A stretch of DNA of 64,000 nucleotides from Macrostomum hystrix (taxonomy: Eukaryota; Animalia; Platyhelminthes): contig CATNEN010000002.1 of the NCBI GenBank assembly GCA_950097015.1, forward strand, positions 4,526,001 through 4,590,000, written 5' to 3'. Shown here in pieces: positions 24,263 through 36,417 of the stretch (positions are counted from its first letter, which is position 1; each line of letters begins with the position of its first letter). A model generated the notes under the pieces. That model did no database searches and was not told the origin of the DNA. It saw only the letters and a program-made list of their open reading frames with translations. Made by a program: the position numbers and the translations under genes.

Positions 24263-24881
24263 TTTTTCTATAAGAGCGAGTGTAGTTCATACCCAGGTAT
24301 ACACGAATTGGCACTGCGCCTCAGTGTGGCCTTGCCAGGCCTTCCAACTTTATCAGCATGTCACCCGAATGTGCCTGCATCATCTCCGACTTTGGTGGTC
24401 GCCGACCTTTATCTAGACGGAGCTGCTGGACCTTCAACAGCTGACCTGCCAGCTGAATATATACATCTTGATGCAAAATATTCCCATTTTGCTGATCAAG
24501 CCTCAATACGGGACGAAGCTAAACCACAGGACCCTCGCCTAGTCTGTCAATCAATCAGTCACCACCCCGACGCCGTCAGCAGGTTGCCTCCAGATGGCTA
24601 TGCAGTCCCTATCGCCAATTTTTTACCTTTCGCTGATGAAACCTCGATATTGGCCTAAACTCAACTACTACCTATTGAAGGTCCAGCAGCTACATCTAGA
24701 CAAAGGTCGGTGACTACGAACCATTGAGTATCTTGAGAGTGTGAATGGCTGGCGACTTGATTGTTATTACAAAAGATGCGAAACAAAAAGTTGACCAGTG
24801 ATCTTAAGTTTTGTGTGCTTGCATTGCTCCATTTGGGTGTAGCAAAATTCTAGGTGAAAATTCCCTTTAGTGGTTCTACTG
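24263..24881. mobile_element. Rearranged family A TIR element (two oppositely oriented pieces)
   Basis: 24263-24570 matches 44063-44370. 24671-24881 matches the opposite strand and ends in GGTTCTACTG|TTAA. Confidence 0.7.
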
Positions 24882-26623
24882 TTAAACTAGGTATTAATAC
24901 TTGAGTTATACTCGACATAAAATGTTTTCGAAATAATTTAATTTACTAGCTCCACAAAAGTACTAATGGCAACACTTACCATTGCTGAGAAGCATCTAGC
25001 AGCACTGGTACACAGACTCATTCTTTTTAATCTGAAATGTTTAAGTCAACTGCAAGTAGCTACATGTGCTAAGTTAAAATATCTAGGTGGAATTTAATTG
25101 AATTAGGCAAAAAACTTACAAGGAAATTCTTGCAAATGCCATTGTTTAAAGGATAATCTGAATAAAGGAAATGAATTGTGTGTAAAAGTGGTGCTTTGGT
25201 TATAATATGATTAATAAACATATAAACTTATCACATTGTTTGAGAATGAATTTTATACAAATAAGGAAATAACATTTGTTGGCATTGTTAAGTGCTAGTA
25301 CAGTCCTATTGTTAATGGATTAAAAAAAGTTTAACAAGCAATCAGATGTGGGCACTTGGGATTAGGAATCTATCTCCAAGATACATTTTAAAAGAATTGC
25401 TAGACCATATTGATTTTAACAAAACCAACCACCACATAAAGCCAGTTTCTTTCCTAAACACTTATACAATTAGTTATTGAGTTATCCTGAGACATAGGCC
25501 TACCAATGCATGTTACATCATTGGGGGAGTTTTTATAGTAAGATAGCATGGTTTTGCAGGCATTTTGGAGCGGTACCTGGACACTTCGTCATCTTACAAC
25601 TTCCTCATCCAGATGACGATCTGTCCAATATCTCAGAAGGTGGATTACAAAGAGACTTCAAGACTTGTGGACACTTCTTCATCTATAAAAAAAAGTTTTC
25701 AAAGTTAGAACAGAACCACCCCTCCCCACCTCCTCACATTGTGTTGGCAGCTATCTTTCAAGTCTTATAATGAAATCAGTTTTGACACCTCTTTTTAACA
25801 ATTTAGAGTGTGAAGTGTGTTCACACCTCTGCCCCACCACCCACCCTCACTTTATTGATGACGAACTTGATTGCTTGTATGTTTATATAATTTACATAAT
25901 TTTTGTAAATATATATAAAAAATTGAAAATATATATATTGTCATTGGACATTGATAGGGCCTATACTTAGCAACATAGTAATGTTTCTACCCCTCACATA
26001 GGTGCAAAAAATAATCAAGATTTTTTTGTGTGTTTTCACCACAGACAAACAAATTAAACTGCAGCAAAGCTCTAGAGATTGGGATAGCCAGCATAGGGTG
26101 CAAACATGCAGCATTGCAGCTGTTCCTATAACTAATTCACAGCAGTTGAGCAATACAGAGGTGTATTGATCATACATCTGCAACCTTCAGAATCTTATCT
26201 GGCAGTTCTGACACTGCAGAGCAAACTTAGTTTTGTAGCCAAAAATGCAACATATATTGTGGCAGATGAGTTTGATAGGAAATAACACACTTGACACTTT
26301 TCATTGCAAATGTAACTATTTACTATATATGGTAATATGGGTTTTAAAAGCAAACAAACACTTTGTTTTCCCTCAAAATATAAGAAAGACAGAGAGATAG
26401 TAGAAGTGAAGATAAGAGAGTTAGAAAAACAGCATTAATATTTCCTCATTAAAGATATTATTCGATTATAAGGTCCTATTATATTTTGCTTTATGTGATG
26501 TTTGAAATGTCAAATATTCTATTTTTATTTTTATTTCAGCTTTCAGTTATTGAACTTTATTAAACAATGAATTTTTGGCACTTTCAATTTAGAGATTAAA
26601 ACAACAGTCAAAGAAAGATAGAG

Positions 26624-29600
26624 ATGAAACAGACTACTCTTGCCATGGTTTGGGGTGGTAAGAGTGGCATTGCCAAAACAACAGGACAGGCATTGTCCTC
26701 TAGCTCATCATCTCACCTGGCTGAAGGTTCCTCCGCTACTGGGCAGCATTCAGTTTCAACAGCATCAGCCACTCCCACTGATATTTCTGAGCTAGATTTT
26801 CGAGCAAATCCTCGACTTCCATTGGCTGCCAAGCTATCCAAACACGATGCTGCCACTTTGGAAGGCTTCGATTCCTGTGGCGAAGGAACCACCTGGGTTT
26901 ATCCAGTTAATTATCCAGTGAGTACTGAAGTGATTTTGTGAATCCAATGGGGTTTCTCGCAGGATTTCTAATTTAACTGTCCAACTTTCAAGATAGAATC
27001 TCTAGATTTTATAATCGAATCTCTAGATTCCATATAATCGAATCTCTAGATTTTATAATCGAATCTCTAGATTCCATATAATCGAATCTCTAGATTCCAT
27101 ATAATCGAATCTCTAGATTTTATAATCGAATCTCTAGATTCCATATAATCGAATCTCTAGATTCCATATAATCTAATCTCTAGATTCCATATAATCGAAT
27201 CTCTAGATTCCATATAATCGAATCTCTAGATTTTATAATCGAATCTCTAGATTCCATATAATCGAATCTCTAGATTCCATATAATCGAATCTCTAGATTT
27301 TATAATCGAATCTCTAGATTCCATATAATCGAATCTCTAGATTCCATATAATCGAATCTCTAGATTCCATAATGAAATGTCCAGATTCCATAATTGGAAT
27401 CTAATCTGATCTCACTGCTTGCATCTCTCAGGTACGCGAGTATCAGTTCAACATAGTCGCCAGCGCTCTGGCCAAGAACACCCTCGTCTGCCTGCCCACC
27501 GGCCTTGGCAAGACTTTCATAGCTGCCGTAGTTATGATGAACTTCTACCGCTGGTACCCAAACGGTCGAGTGGTCTTCATGGCGCCAACCAAACCGCTGG
27601 TGGCCCAGCAGATCGAAGCCTGCTACGGCATCGCAGGTGTGCCAGCCGGTGACACCATCGAGATGACCGGCTGCATGCCGCCCGCGACTCGGCGGGCTGC
27701 TTGGCGCGACAAGCGATTGTTCTTCTGCACTCCGCAGGTCAGTGGGGTTCTACGATCGATATTTGCCTCAGACAGCCAATCAGATTGGTTCTGAGTTACT
27801 GGGTTGCCCTCTGGCTAGCCAATCAGATAAGAATCCGCTATTGATTGGCTACAGCCAACCAATCAGATGAGTTCTGTCTCTGGTTTGCAGCCAACCAATC
27901 AGATCGGTTCTGTTAGTGGGTTGCAGTCAGCCAACCAATTAGATCAATCCTGCTAGTGGGTTGCCCTCAGCCAGCCAATCAGATCAATCCTGCTAGTGGG
28001 TTGCCCTCAGCCAACCAATCAGATCAATCCTGCTAGTGGGTTGCCCTCAGCCAACCAATCAGATCAATCCTGCTAGTGGGTTGCCCTCAGCCAACCAATA
28101 ATCTCCGCCCGCTGCCTCGCAGGTGTTCGCCAACGATCTAATCAACAGGCTGTGTGACGCCACTCAAATCCGTTGCGTGGTCATCGATGAGGCGCACAAG
28201 GCCACTGGCAATCACGCCTACTGTGTGGCTGTGCGCACTTTGATAGCCAGGCAGCATCACCAGTTCCGAGTGCTTGCCTTGTCAGCAACTCCTGGCTCGG
28301 ATGTTCGCTCAATTCAGGAGGTGATCAACAATCTGCTCATATCGCACATTGAGCTGCGCACTGAGCAGTGCCGGGATATTCAACGCTACTCACACGAGCG
28401 CAGCGTTGAGAAGATTGTCGTGCCGCTGGGGCCCGAAGTTGAAGCTGCGGTGCGAAAACTCGAAGCCATTCTGGATGTCTACGTTTCCAAGCTCAAGCAG
28501 AACAAGGTGAGCTCTGTTCTGTTGGCACATTATTGGTCATTACCTCTGTTAGGCCAGACTGTTATGGTTGGTCATTACCCCTGTCATGTCACTTTGTTAT
28601 AATCGGTTATTACCCCAGTCATGTCAGTTTATGATTCGTCATTACCCCTGTCTTGTCAGGCTGTTATGATTGGTCATTAGCCCTGTCATGTCAGACTGTT
28701 ATGATTGGTCATTAGCCCTGTCATGTCAGACTGTTAGGATTGGTCATTAGCCCTGTCATGTCAGACTGTTATGATTGGTCATTAGCCCTGTCATGTCAGG
28801 TTGCTATGATTGGTCATTACCCCTGTCATGTCTGGGATCTAGTCATGTAATGACTTAGTCATGACACACCCACATATTTCCTTACCTCAGGCTGTGTACG
28901 CCAACGTCCGCGTGTCGACCCTGTCGAAGTACGCGCTAATCATGCAACGCCAGGAGTACTTTCAGCGCTATGGCAACACGCTGCCGCAGGACAGGCAGTC
29001 GTTTATTCACCGCACCTTCGCTATGGCCATCTCGCTTTATCACGGCTACGAGATTGTTCAGCAGCACGGCCTCCGACCTCTGTACAATTTTCTCAAGGTT
29101 TGCGCTCTCGCCTTTGTTTACTATAATTATAGTATCTGAGCTGGTGTCTTAACCTAGCCGTAGTTAAGCTAGTGTCTTTGTTTACAGCTAGATAAGCGAG
29201 TGTCTTTGTTGACAGGCAGTTAAGCTGGTGTCTTTGTTGTCAGGTAGTTAAGCTGGTGTCTTTGTTGTCAGGTAGTTAAGCTGGTGTCTTTTTTGTCAGG
29301 TAGTTAAGCTGGTGTCTTTGTTGTCAGGCAGTTAAGCTGGTGTTTTTGTTGTCAGGTAGTTAAGCTGGTGTCTTTGTTGACAGGTAGCTAAGCTGGTGTC
29401 TTTGTGGGCAGGACATAAAAATCGCTTATAATTGTTTTACTACTATTTACAACAAAGACCTCAGCTAACCATTTCCAAAATGTCTAATCTTCAGGGTGTC
29501 CTGGAGGGCGAGCGCGGTTCGAACTCCACGCGGCTTGAGCTGCAGCGGCAGCCGGCCTTCACGGAGCTGTGGGACAGCCTGCTGGACAAGTTCAAGCCGG

Positions 29601-32600
29601 ATCCCAACTCCACCCTGAGCAGTACTCAGTCGGTGTTTGTTGGCGGCCATCCAAAATTAAACCGCCTGTTGGACATTGTGCTGAATCATTTTCAATCTGC
29701 TGAAGATCCCGAAGAGCGTCAGCGCACGCGTGTGATCATATTCTCTCAGTATCGCGACTCTGTCACCGAGATTGCTCGCATGCTCAAACAGCACCGGCCG
29801 TTGGTTCGCTGCATGACCTTCTTTGGCCAGGCCACCACCGGCAAGGCTAGCAAAGGATTTACTCAGCGCGATCAGCTTAGGGTTATGCAAGAATTCAGAC
29901 AGGGCGCCTACAACACCCTGGTGTCCACCTGCGTTGGAGAGGAAGGTGAGAACCCCCATGAAAATCTATTTTGATAATGCTGAAGTCCCAGCTCGATTCC
30001 TGTTGTGACTGTTGTCCACCTTGCACTGTTGCTTCTCAAACACTTCTATAACGACTCAAACTCTCTTTAGCGGCTTAAAACGCTATTTTAACAACTCAAA
30101 CGTTTCTTTAACGACTCAAACGTTTCTTTAATGACTCAAACGTGTCTTTATCGACTCAAACGGATCGCTAACGACTCAAGCGTGTCTTTAACGACTCAAA
30201 CATTTTTCAACTACTCAAACGTTTCTTTAGCGACTCAAACGTTTCTTTAACGACTCAAACGTTTCTTTAACGACTCAAACGTTTCTTTAAAGACTCAAAC
30301 GTGTCTTTAACGACTCAAACGTGTCTTTAACGACTCAAACGTGTCTTTAACGACTCAAACGTGTCTTTAACGACTCAAACGTGTCTTTATCGACTCAAAC
30401 ATCTCTTTAGCGACTCAAACGTTTTTTAAATAACCCAAAATCCTCTGTTACTACTCAAACGCGTCTTTAACAATGCAAACGCTTATGTAACGACTCAAAC
30501 GTCTCTCTATCGGCTCAAAGGTTTCTCGAACGACTCCAATCACGCTTATCTAACGACTCAAACATTTAACTAACGACTCAAACGCTTCGCTTGCGTTTCT
30601 TATTCTTTTAATCAGGTTTAGTTTGCAGAACAGACGTGCTCATTTTTCAGGTGCTCATCAATACGTTGCTATGATAATTACAAGATTTAAAAGTGCACAA
30701 ATTATCCACATCTTAAATTCTTAGGTCTGGACATCGGCCAGGTAGACCTGATCATCTGCTACGACGCCCAGAAGAGTCCGGTGCGCCTGATTCAGCGCAT
30801 GGGCCGCACTGGACGGGCTCGCCAAGGCCGCATTGTCATGCTGCTCTCAGCTGGCAAGGAGGAGGCGAACTACAGCGCCTCGCTCAGCAAGCGCTCCTCC
30901 GTCAATAAGATCATCCTGGACGGCTACAAGAAGCTGCAGTTCTATCCAGATCCGCCAAGAATGATTCCAACTGGACTGCAGCCAACTTTGAGTTTGCGCC
31001 GTCTGGATATTCAACAGAAGCCTGCCTCCGCGGCCAAGAAGAGAAGAACTACCGTTGGCGCTGCCGCCGCCTCTTCAAGCGGAACTCCGGCCAAGCTCCT
31101 GCCCAACCAGGTGTTTGAGTATGAGTCCCGCCTGGCATCCACGGCTCCTGCATTTGTTCGCCTCCGACCGTCGAGACTGTTCAGCCTGCCAGCATCTGTG
31201 GCTGAGATTGAGAACTGTAGCCTGGGTGAAGCTGGGACCTGGCGGTCTAGCCTCACCAATCATTGCTCATTTGAGCAGTGGCGGCGGCCAACTCGCTGCG
31301 CCTCCAGCGGACCAGCAGGCGGCGCCTCCGTCACTCGCCACCACCTCGTGGCCCTCGGCCGCCTTATCGACTGTCATCGGGCCGGAGCCACCAGCTTGGT
31401 GTTCCACGCCATCGGACTCCGCGACATGGCCGATGCCAGTCTCGCCGCTGTGGCCACCCAGACTGCTCGCCTCCTAACCGCCGACGATGTCGATAGCGAC
31501 AACGACAATGACGATGACATCTTCGACGTAGATGTCAATAAGCTAGATGCGGACGATGGCTTGGCCTCAGGCAGAAAGTCAGACTCTGTGCTTCTGATGC
31601 CGCCTCCGCCGCCGCCGCCCCCGCAGCGGCATCCGACGTCCTGTTTAAAGGCTAGACTTCAACCAGCTGCTGCTGCTGCTGCTGCTGCCATTTCTTCGCA
31701 GAGTTTGTTTCACAGCGCATCCGCAGTGAAGTTGGACGCAGCTGACGGTCATTCAACAGAACCCGAGGCCCCGATCTCCCCAGTGTTCAGCAGCTCCACA
31801 GCTGTGCGGCAGCATCGAATTTCTTCGCAGTTGCCAACTTCTTCGGCCTCGTCAGAGGTGCAGGCTTCGTTGGCAACGCTTTCTGAAGCCACCGCCAGCC
31901 GACGTCCGCTATTTTCCTTGCGGCCTTTTGAGTCCTGCTCAAAGTCGGATGTGGAGGCTCTGCAATCGGCCATCCGCTGCCTGCTGCAAGCCGACGATGG
32001 AGAAAACGACGCGATGGCGAAGGATGTCGTGGACCAGCTGGCCGTTGAATGGTCGGCTCAGCGCTCGCGTCTTTTGCCTCCCACCTTAAAGGGCCGTCGG
32101 GTGTCTGATGACAAACCCGCCGACCCAGGCTGCATTGTCGACTGCTTGCAATTGTTAGACGGCGTCAAGAACTGGGCCGTGGACGATTTCTTCACTGGCT
32201 GCGTCGCCGGCGACAATTCATTGAACGCCTCATCGGAGAGCGAGGCTGCGAGCAATTCAAAGTCTGACGACGTCGTAATGGCAAGTCAGCGACCGGGTTT
32301 TAAATTTGCCTCGGTGTTCCAGAATGTGCCGCTACGTCTGCCAGCGAGCTCGACAGCCTCGGCGACCAAGCGGCGAGTCAGCTTTGCGGATAACGCGCTT
32401 AACAAAGACTCGGAAGACAAAGACCTCAATGGTCGACTGCAGGGTCCTACTGCAGTTAAAGATAGTAGCGACCACTGCGACAATGCAGAGCATGGAATTG
32501 TCGAAGAAAAAGTTCAAGCTTTCAACAATTCGGGCTCTGTCTCCAAGACTGCCGCCTCCACCCCCGTGAGTAGGCGAACCAGCTTAACTGTGCCGGCAGC

Positions 32601-34497
32601 TACTAAAGACAGCTCTGCCGAGAAGCATGACAAAGACTATAGTGAAGCTCATGCAGTGCCTGAAATTTCGTTTAGCAAATCATCCGCATGCTACGCAGAC
32701 TCGCCGGTTTTTTCGAGAAGGGCGGTCGCCGAGAACAAAGACCCTCCAGTCTTGAGCAGAGCGAATGCTCGGCTTGAAGACTCGCCGGTATTCTCGAGCA
32801 GAGAGAGTCCGTTAGTGTTAAGCAGTGCTGCTCCAGTAAACAAAGACAACCAGGTATCTTCGAGTCTAACAACTGGTAACATCAAAGGCACTCGAGTCTT
32901 GAGTGGATCAGCTTCTTGCAACAAAGACACTCCTTTAACTGTGTTGAATAGAGCAGCACCGGTGCCCAAGAGCACACCAGTATTGTTGAACCCAACAGCT
33001 GCTGAAACTAAAGACAAAGGCACTCCAGACTTAAGCACCCCAGCTGCTGGGAACAAAGACTGGTCCAAGGTGGATGATTCTTCCAGGCGTGGTCGCCTTT
33101 TCGCTGCTATCTTCGAGCAGATTCCGATCGCCACGCCAGTTGCCCCGACGCCGTTCCTTCGCCGCCTGTCGGCCTGGTCGAATAGCCGCCAGAAACAGCG
33201 CCGGTCGGGGGCCGCCTCCGCTTGCGCCGACGTCAGCAGACCCTTAGACTTCTCCGCAGCTTTGCGCCTCCTGGAGGATCCGTCAGCCAATGCCCAATTC
33301 CACCTGGAGTCAGACATTTTTCGTCCTCTGTCGCCGCCGGCTACTGCGGCGGACCCGGATGCCTCGCCGGTGTTCGACAAGCTGAACTCGACATCGCAGA
33401 GACCAAAGCTGCCAAATAGGTCAACCAGCAAGCTGGGCGACGATGACGACGAGCCGATCCTTCTGGACACCAGCTGGCTGACTGAGCTAGCTGAAGCCCC
33501 GCCAAGGCAAGCAACTCCGCCAACGCCTTCGCAACGCCTGCGTCAGGCGACTTGTCCAAATGCTGCTGACGCGTTTGTGAAGCCGCAGCAGCCGCCAGCG
33601 ACACCCACTCGACCTGCCGGCCCTTCAGCCAGAGCCGTCAGCCAGTCGGTCAGTCGACCGTTAAAGCGCAAGTCCAGCTCACCGCCACCCGCCGCGTCCA
33701 ACTCCTTGTTGAATTCTTCCGCGTCCTCTTCCTTATCTCCTGCTTTCGTGTCGAAGCAGAAAAAGAAGAAAACGACTGCGGCTGCTGTTGCCAAGAACAA
33801 CCAGTCTTCTGCTTCTCTGTGTCGATCGCAGGCTCGCTCTCTGTCCCTGGCCGCGGCCCTGCCCAAGCCCTCTAAACAGCCGACGCATCCGCGAGAGAGC
33901 GACGCCTCAAGACAGAAGCGGCGCAGAAAACCCGGCGGGGGTCGCCAGTTTCTGGACGAAGAAGCCGCCCTGACTGACAGCGACGCCGACTTTGTGTCCA
34001 GCGACGAATCCGACGCCGATAGCGACGCCGACGACGGCTCGAGCTTCGTTGACGACGCCACCCAACAGGAGACGGACACCACCGCTCTGGCAGCCGTTGG
34101 CGGCATGCACGGCGTCTACCTCAGGAGCCTAGCTGGGGCGCAGCGGAGTCCGGCCCGCCGATTCAAAATTCCTTCGCTGGCCGATCGGCCTTTCAATCCG
34201 GCGGAAATCTATTCCCAGCTGCCCGGAGCCGCTGAGGAATTTGATTCGCCCGAGTCCGAGTATCAGTTCGACTCATTTCTGGTGCCCAACGAGCAGACCA
34301 TCAGCCCGGCCGCTGCCAGGCATCTGTCGCCTCTGTCCGCCGCGTTGGCGGCCAGAAAGCGTCGAGCTAAACAAGCAGGCGACAGTCGGCAGAAACTGTC
34401 CAAACAGTTAAAGAAGCCGCAGCGTCGGCTAGTTGTCATTCAGGAGGACACCCAGTTCTGCGCCAATGATGGCGACAGCTCTGACGAATTTCTATGA
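26624..34497 (+). CDS. FANCM: Fanconi anemia group M DEAH-box DNA translocase/helicase, about 1804 aa, 6 exons
   Basis: Exons 26624-26917, 27432-27737, 28123-28506, 28891-29097, 29495-29945 and 30725-34497 are in phase. WVYPVNYPVREYQ, LPTGLGKT, MAPTKPLVAQQ, DEAHKATGNHAYC, LSATPG, GEEGLDIGQVD, QRMGRTGR, and the MM3-like motif FLDEEAALTDSD...FVDD...VYLRSL. Confidence 0.96.
26994..27372. repeat. 21/23-bp tandem repeat (AATCGAATCTCTAGATTCCATAT) in FANCM intron 1
   Basis: About 17 units with two length variants. Confidence 0.95.
27770..28100. repeat. 40-bp tandem repeat containing CCAATCAG in FANCM intron 2
   Basis: CAGCCAACCAATCAGATCAATCCTGCTAGTGGGTTGCCCT, about 8 units, degenerate at the 5' end. 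Confidence 0.9.
28545..28860. repeat. 35-bp tandem repeat (ATGATTGGTCATTAGCCCTGTCATGTCAGACTGTT) in FANCM intron 3
   Basis: Period of 35 read from 28681 and 28716. Confidence 0.9.
29160..29410. repeat. 28-bp tandem repeat (TAAGCTGGTGTCTTTGTTGTCAGGTAGT) in FANCM intron 4
   Basis: About 8 units. Confidence 0.92.
30050..30585. repeat. 20-bp tandem repeat (AACGACTCAAACGTKTCTTT) in FANCM intron 5
   Basis: About 26 units, degenerate at the edges. Confidence 0.92.
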
Positions 34498-34571
34498 TCA
34501 ACTGTTCACATTTATGACATTTTTGCTGACCAATCAGCGATGACCCATCAGCTGATACAGAGGAGGTGTAG

Positions 34572-35261
34572 ATATTGACCAATCAGCTGACACAGAGGAG
34601 GGGAAGGTATTGACCAATCACAGCTGACACAGAGGAGGGGAAGGCATTGACCAATTAACTAACACAGAGGAGGGGAAGGTATTGACCAATCAGCTAACAC
34701 AGAAGAGGGGAAGGTATTGACCAATCAGCTGACACAGAAGAGGGGAAGGTATTGACCAATCAGCTGACACAGAGGAGGGGAAGGTATTGACCAATCAGCT
34801 GACACAGAGGAGGGGAAGGCATTGACCAATCAGCTGACACAGAGGAGGGGAAGGCATTGACCAATCAGCTAACACAGAGGAGGGGAAGGTATTGACCAAT
34901 CAGCTGACACAGATGGGGGAAGGTATTGACCAATCAGCTGACACAGAGGAGGGGAAGGTATTGACCAATCAGCTGACACAGAGGAGGGGAAGGTATTGAC
35001 CAATCAGCTGACACAGAGGAGGGGAAGGCATTGACCAATCAGCTGACACAGAGGAGGGGAAGGTATTGACCAATCAGCTGACACAGAGGAGGGGAAGGTA
35101 TTGACCAATCAGCTGACACAGAGGAGGGGAAGGCATTGACCAATCAGCTGACACAGAGGAGGGGAAGGTATTGACCAATCAGCTGACACAGATGGGGGGA
35201 AGGTATTGACCAATCAGCTGACACAGAGGAGGGGAAGGTATTGACCAATCAGCTGACACAA
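34572..35261. repeat. 35-bp tandem repeat (ATTGACCAATCAGCTGACACAGAGGAGGGGAAGGT) just downstream of the FANCM stop
   Basis: About 20 units. Confidence 0.96.
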
Positions 35262-36417
35262 TTGTTCAACGGGTGTATAAATAATTTGCTTCATCAATGT
35301 CATATCCTAGTCTAATTATTTACAGATAAAAAAGTTCTTTCACTTCATAAACGTTACTCATAATCCTGAACTGATTACCATGTAGCCAAGGCTATGCTTT
35401 GATTAGAATGAATTTCTACAGCAAATTGGTGCTTTTCAAAACCCTGTTTTGTAGTACCAAAAATGATTTTTTCGGTATTATTATAAACAGTCAATCTGCA
35501 CTAATTACCTTATTGCATTAGAAATATTTACAAGGATTTTTAGTATATCAACTATTTTTGCAAAACATTGTCTCATTGTAACATTAACTGCACGCCTTGC
35601 AAGCAAAGCTACCAGATTATTTTGTGTGTTTGATAAATAAATAAATCAAATGTTTTTTGCGCGTTTTTTCAAACTAACAATTTAGAGGTTAATAATTTGT
35701 GTCGCATCTGGATTTTTTGTTTTTGTTTAGCTTTTAGCTCCCCAGCAGCTCGATGCTCGTCAGCTGCCAAGTACTTTGGCATCGCCAAAGTCATGCACTG
35801 TGCTCCATCCACATCAACTGCGCATTCCTCTCTTATCAATGCGCATCGACGACAATGTCGCCAGTGAAAGCCGCCTGGAGGTGACGCCCTGTGGTCAGTG
35901 GACCGTCGAGATCAATCCGGAGAGCGAATGCTCGTCTACAGTCGACAACTACTGTTTAGGGCCTTGCTGTTTACGACCTTAAACCCATAGAAGGCAATAG
36001 TCTAAACAAAAGGCGGCAGGCTATTGTTAAAAATATTTTGTTTTCTTTGAACAGATGTTTACAATCAACTGCCTCGTGCTTATAATATAACTGACAATGG
36101 TTTCAACTGTAACAAATGGCTGAGTAAACTATTTTTCTATATTTTCGAGTCTTATTAAAGAAGCCATTGTGGACTGGCCTGTGTACATTTTATGAACGCC
36201 TTAAGACCACGATGCGCCAGCCCTCACCCCTTAAATGGTCGTCATGGCAATGCAGACCCCTCTTCCTCCCTCTCGTGTCTTGGCAAGCTTGGCCCATTAC
36301 TGACAGGGGTGTGCAGTGCATGGATGCTATATTAAAGGGTGCGCACCTTAGCTATTGGTAGTTAGACAAGGCCGAGCATTGCTGCAGTGAATATTAATTT
36401 ATATCCACACGGAAGGA

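Noticed and set aside
22343-24300. Helitron inserted into the family A element
   Set aside because: The right flank matches family A but the left flank (before 22343) does not continue it.
31011-34110. Antisense and alternative-frame ORFs within FANCM exon 6
   Set aside because: Expected shadow ORFs of GC-rich coding sequence; no splice or motif support.
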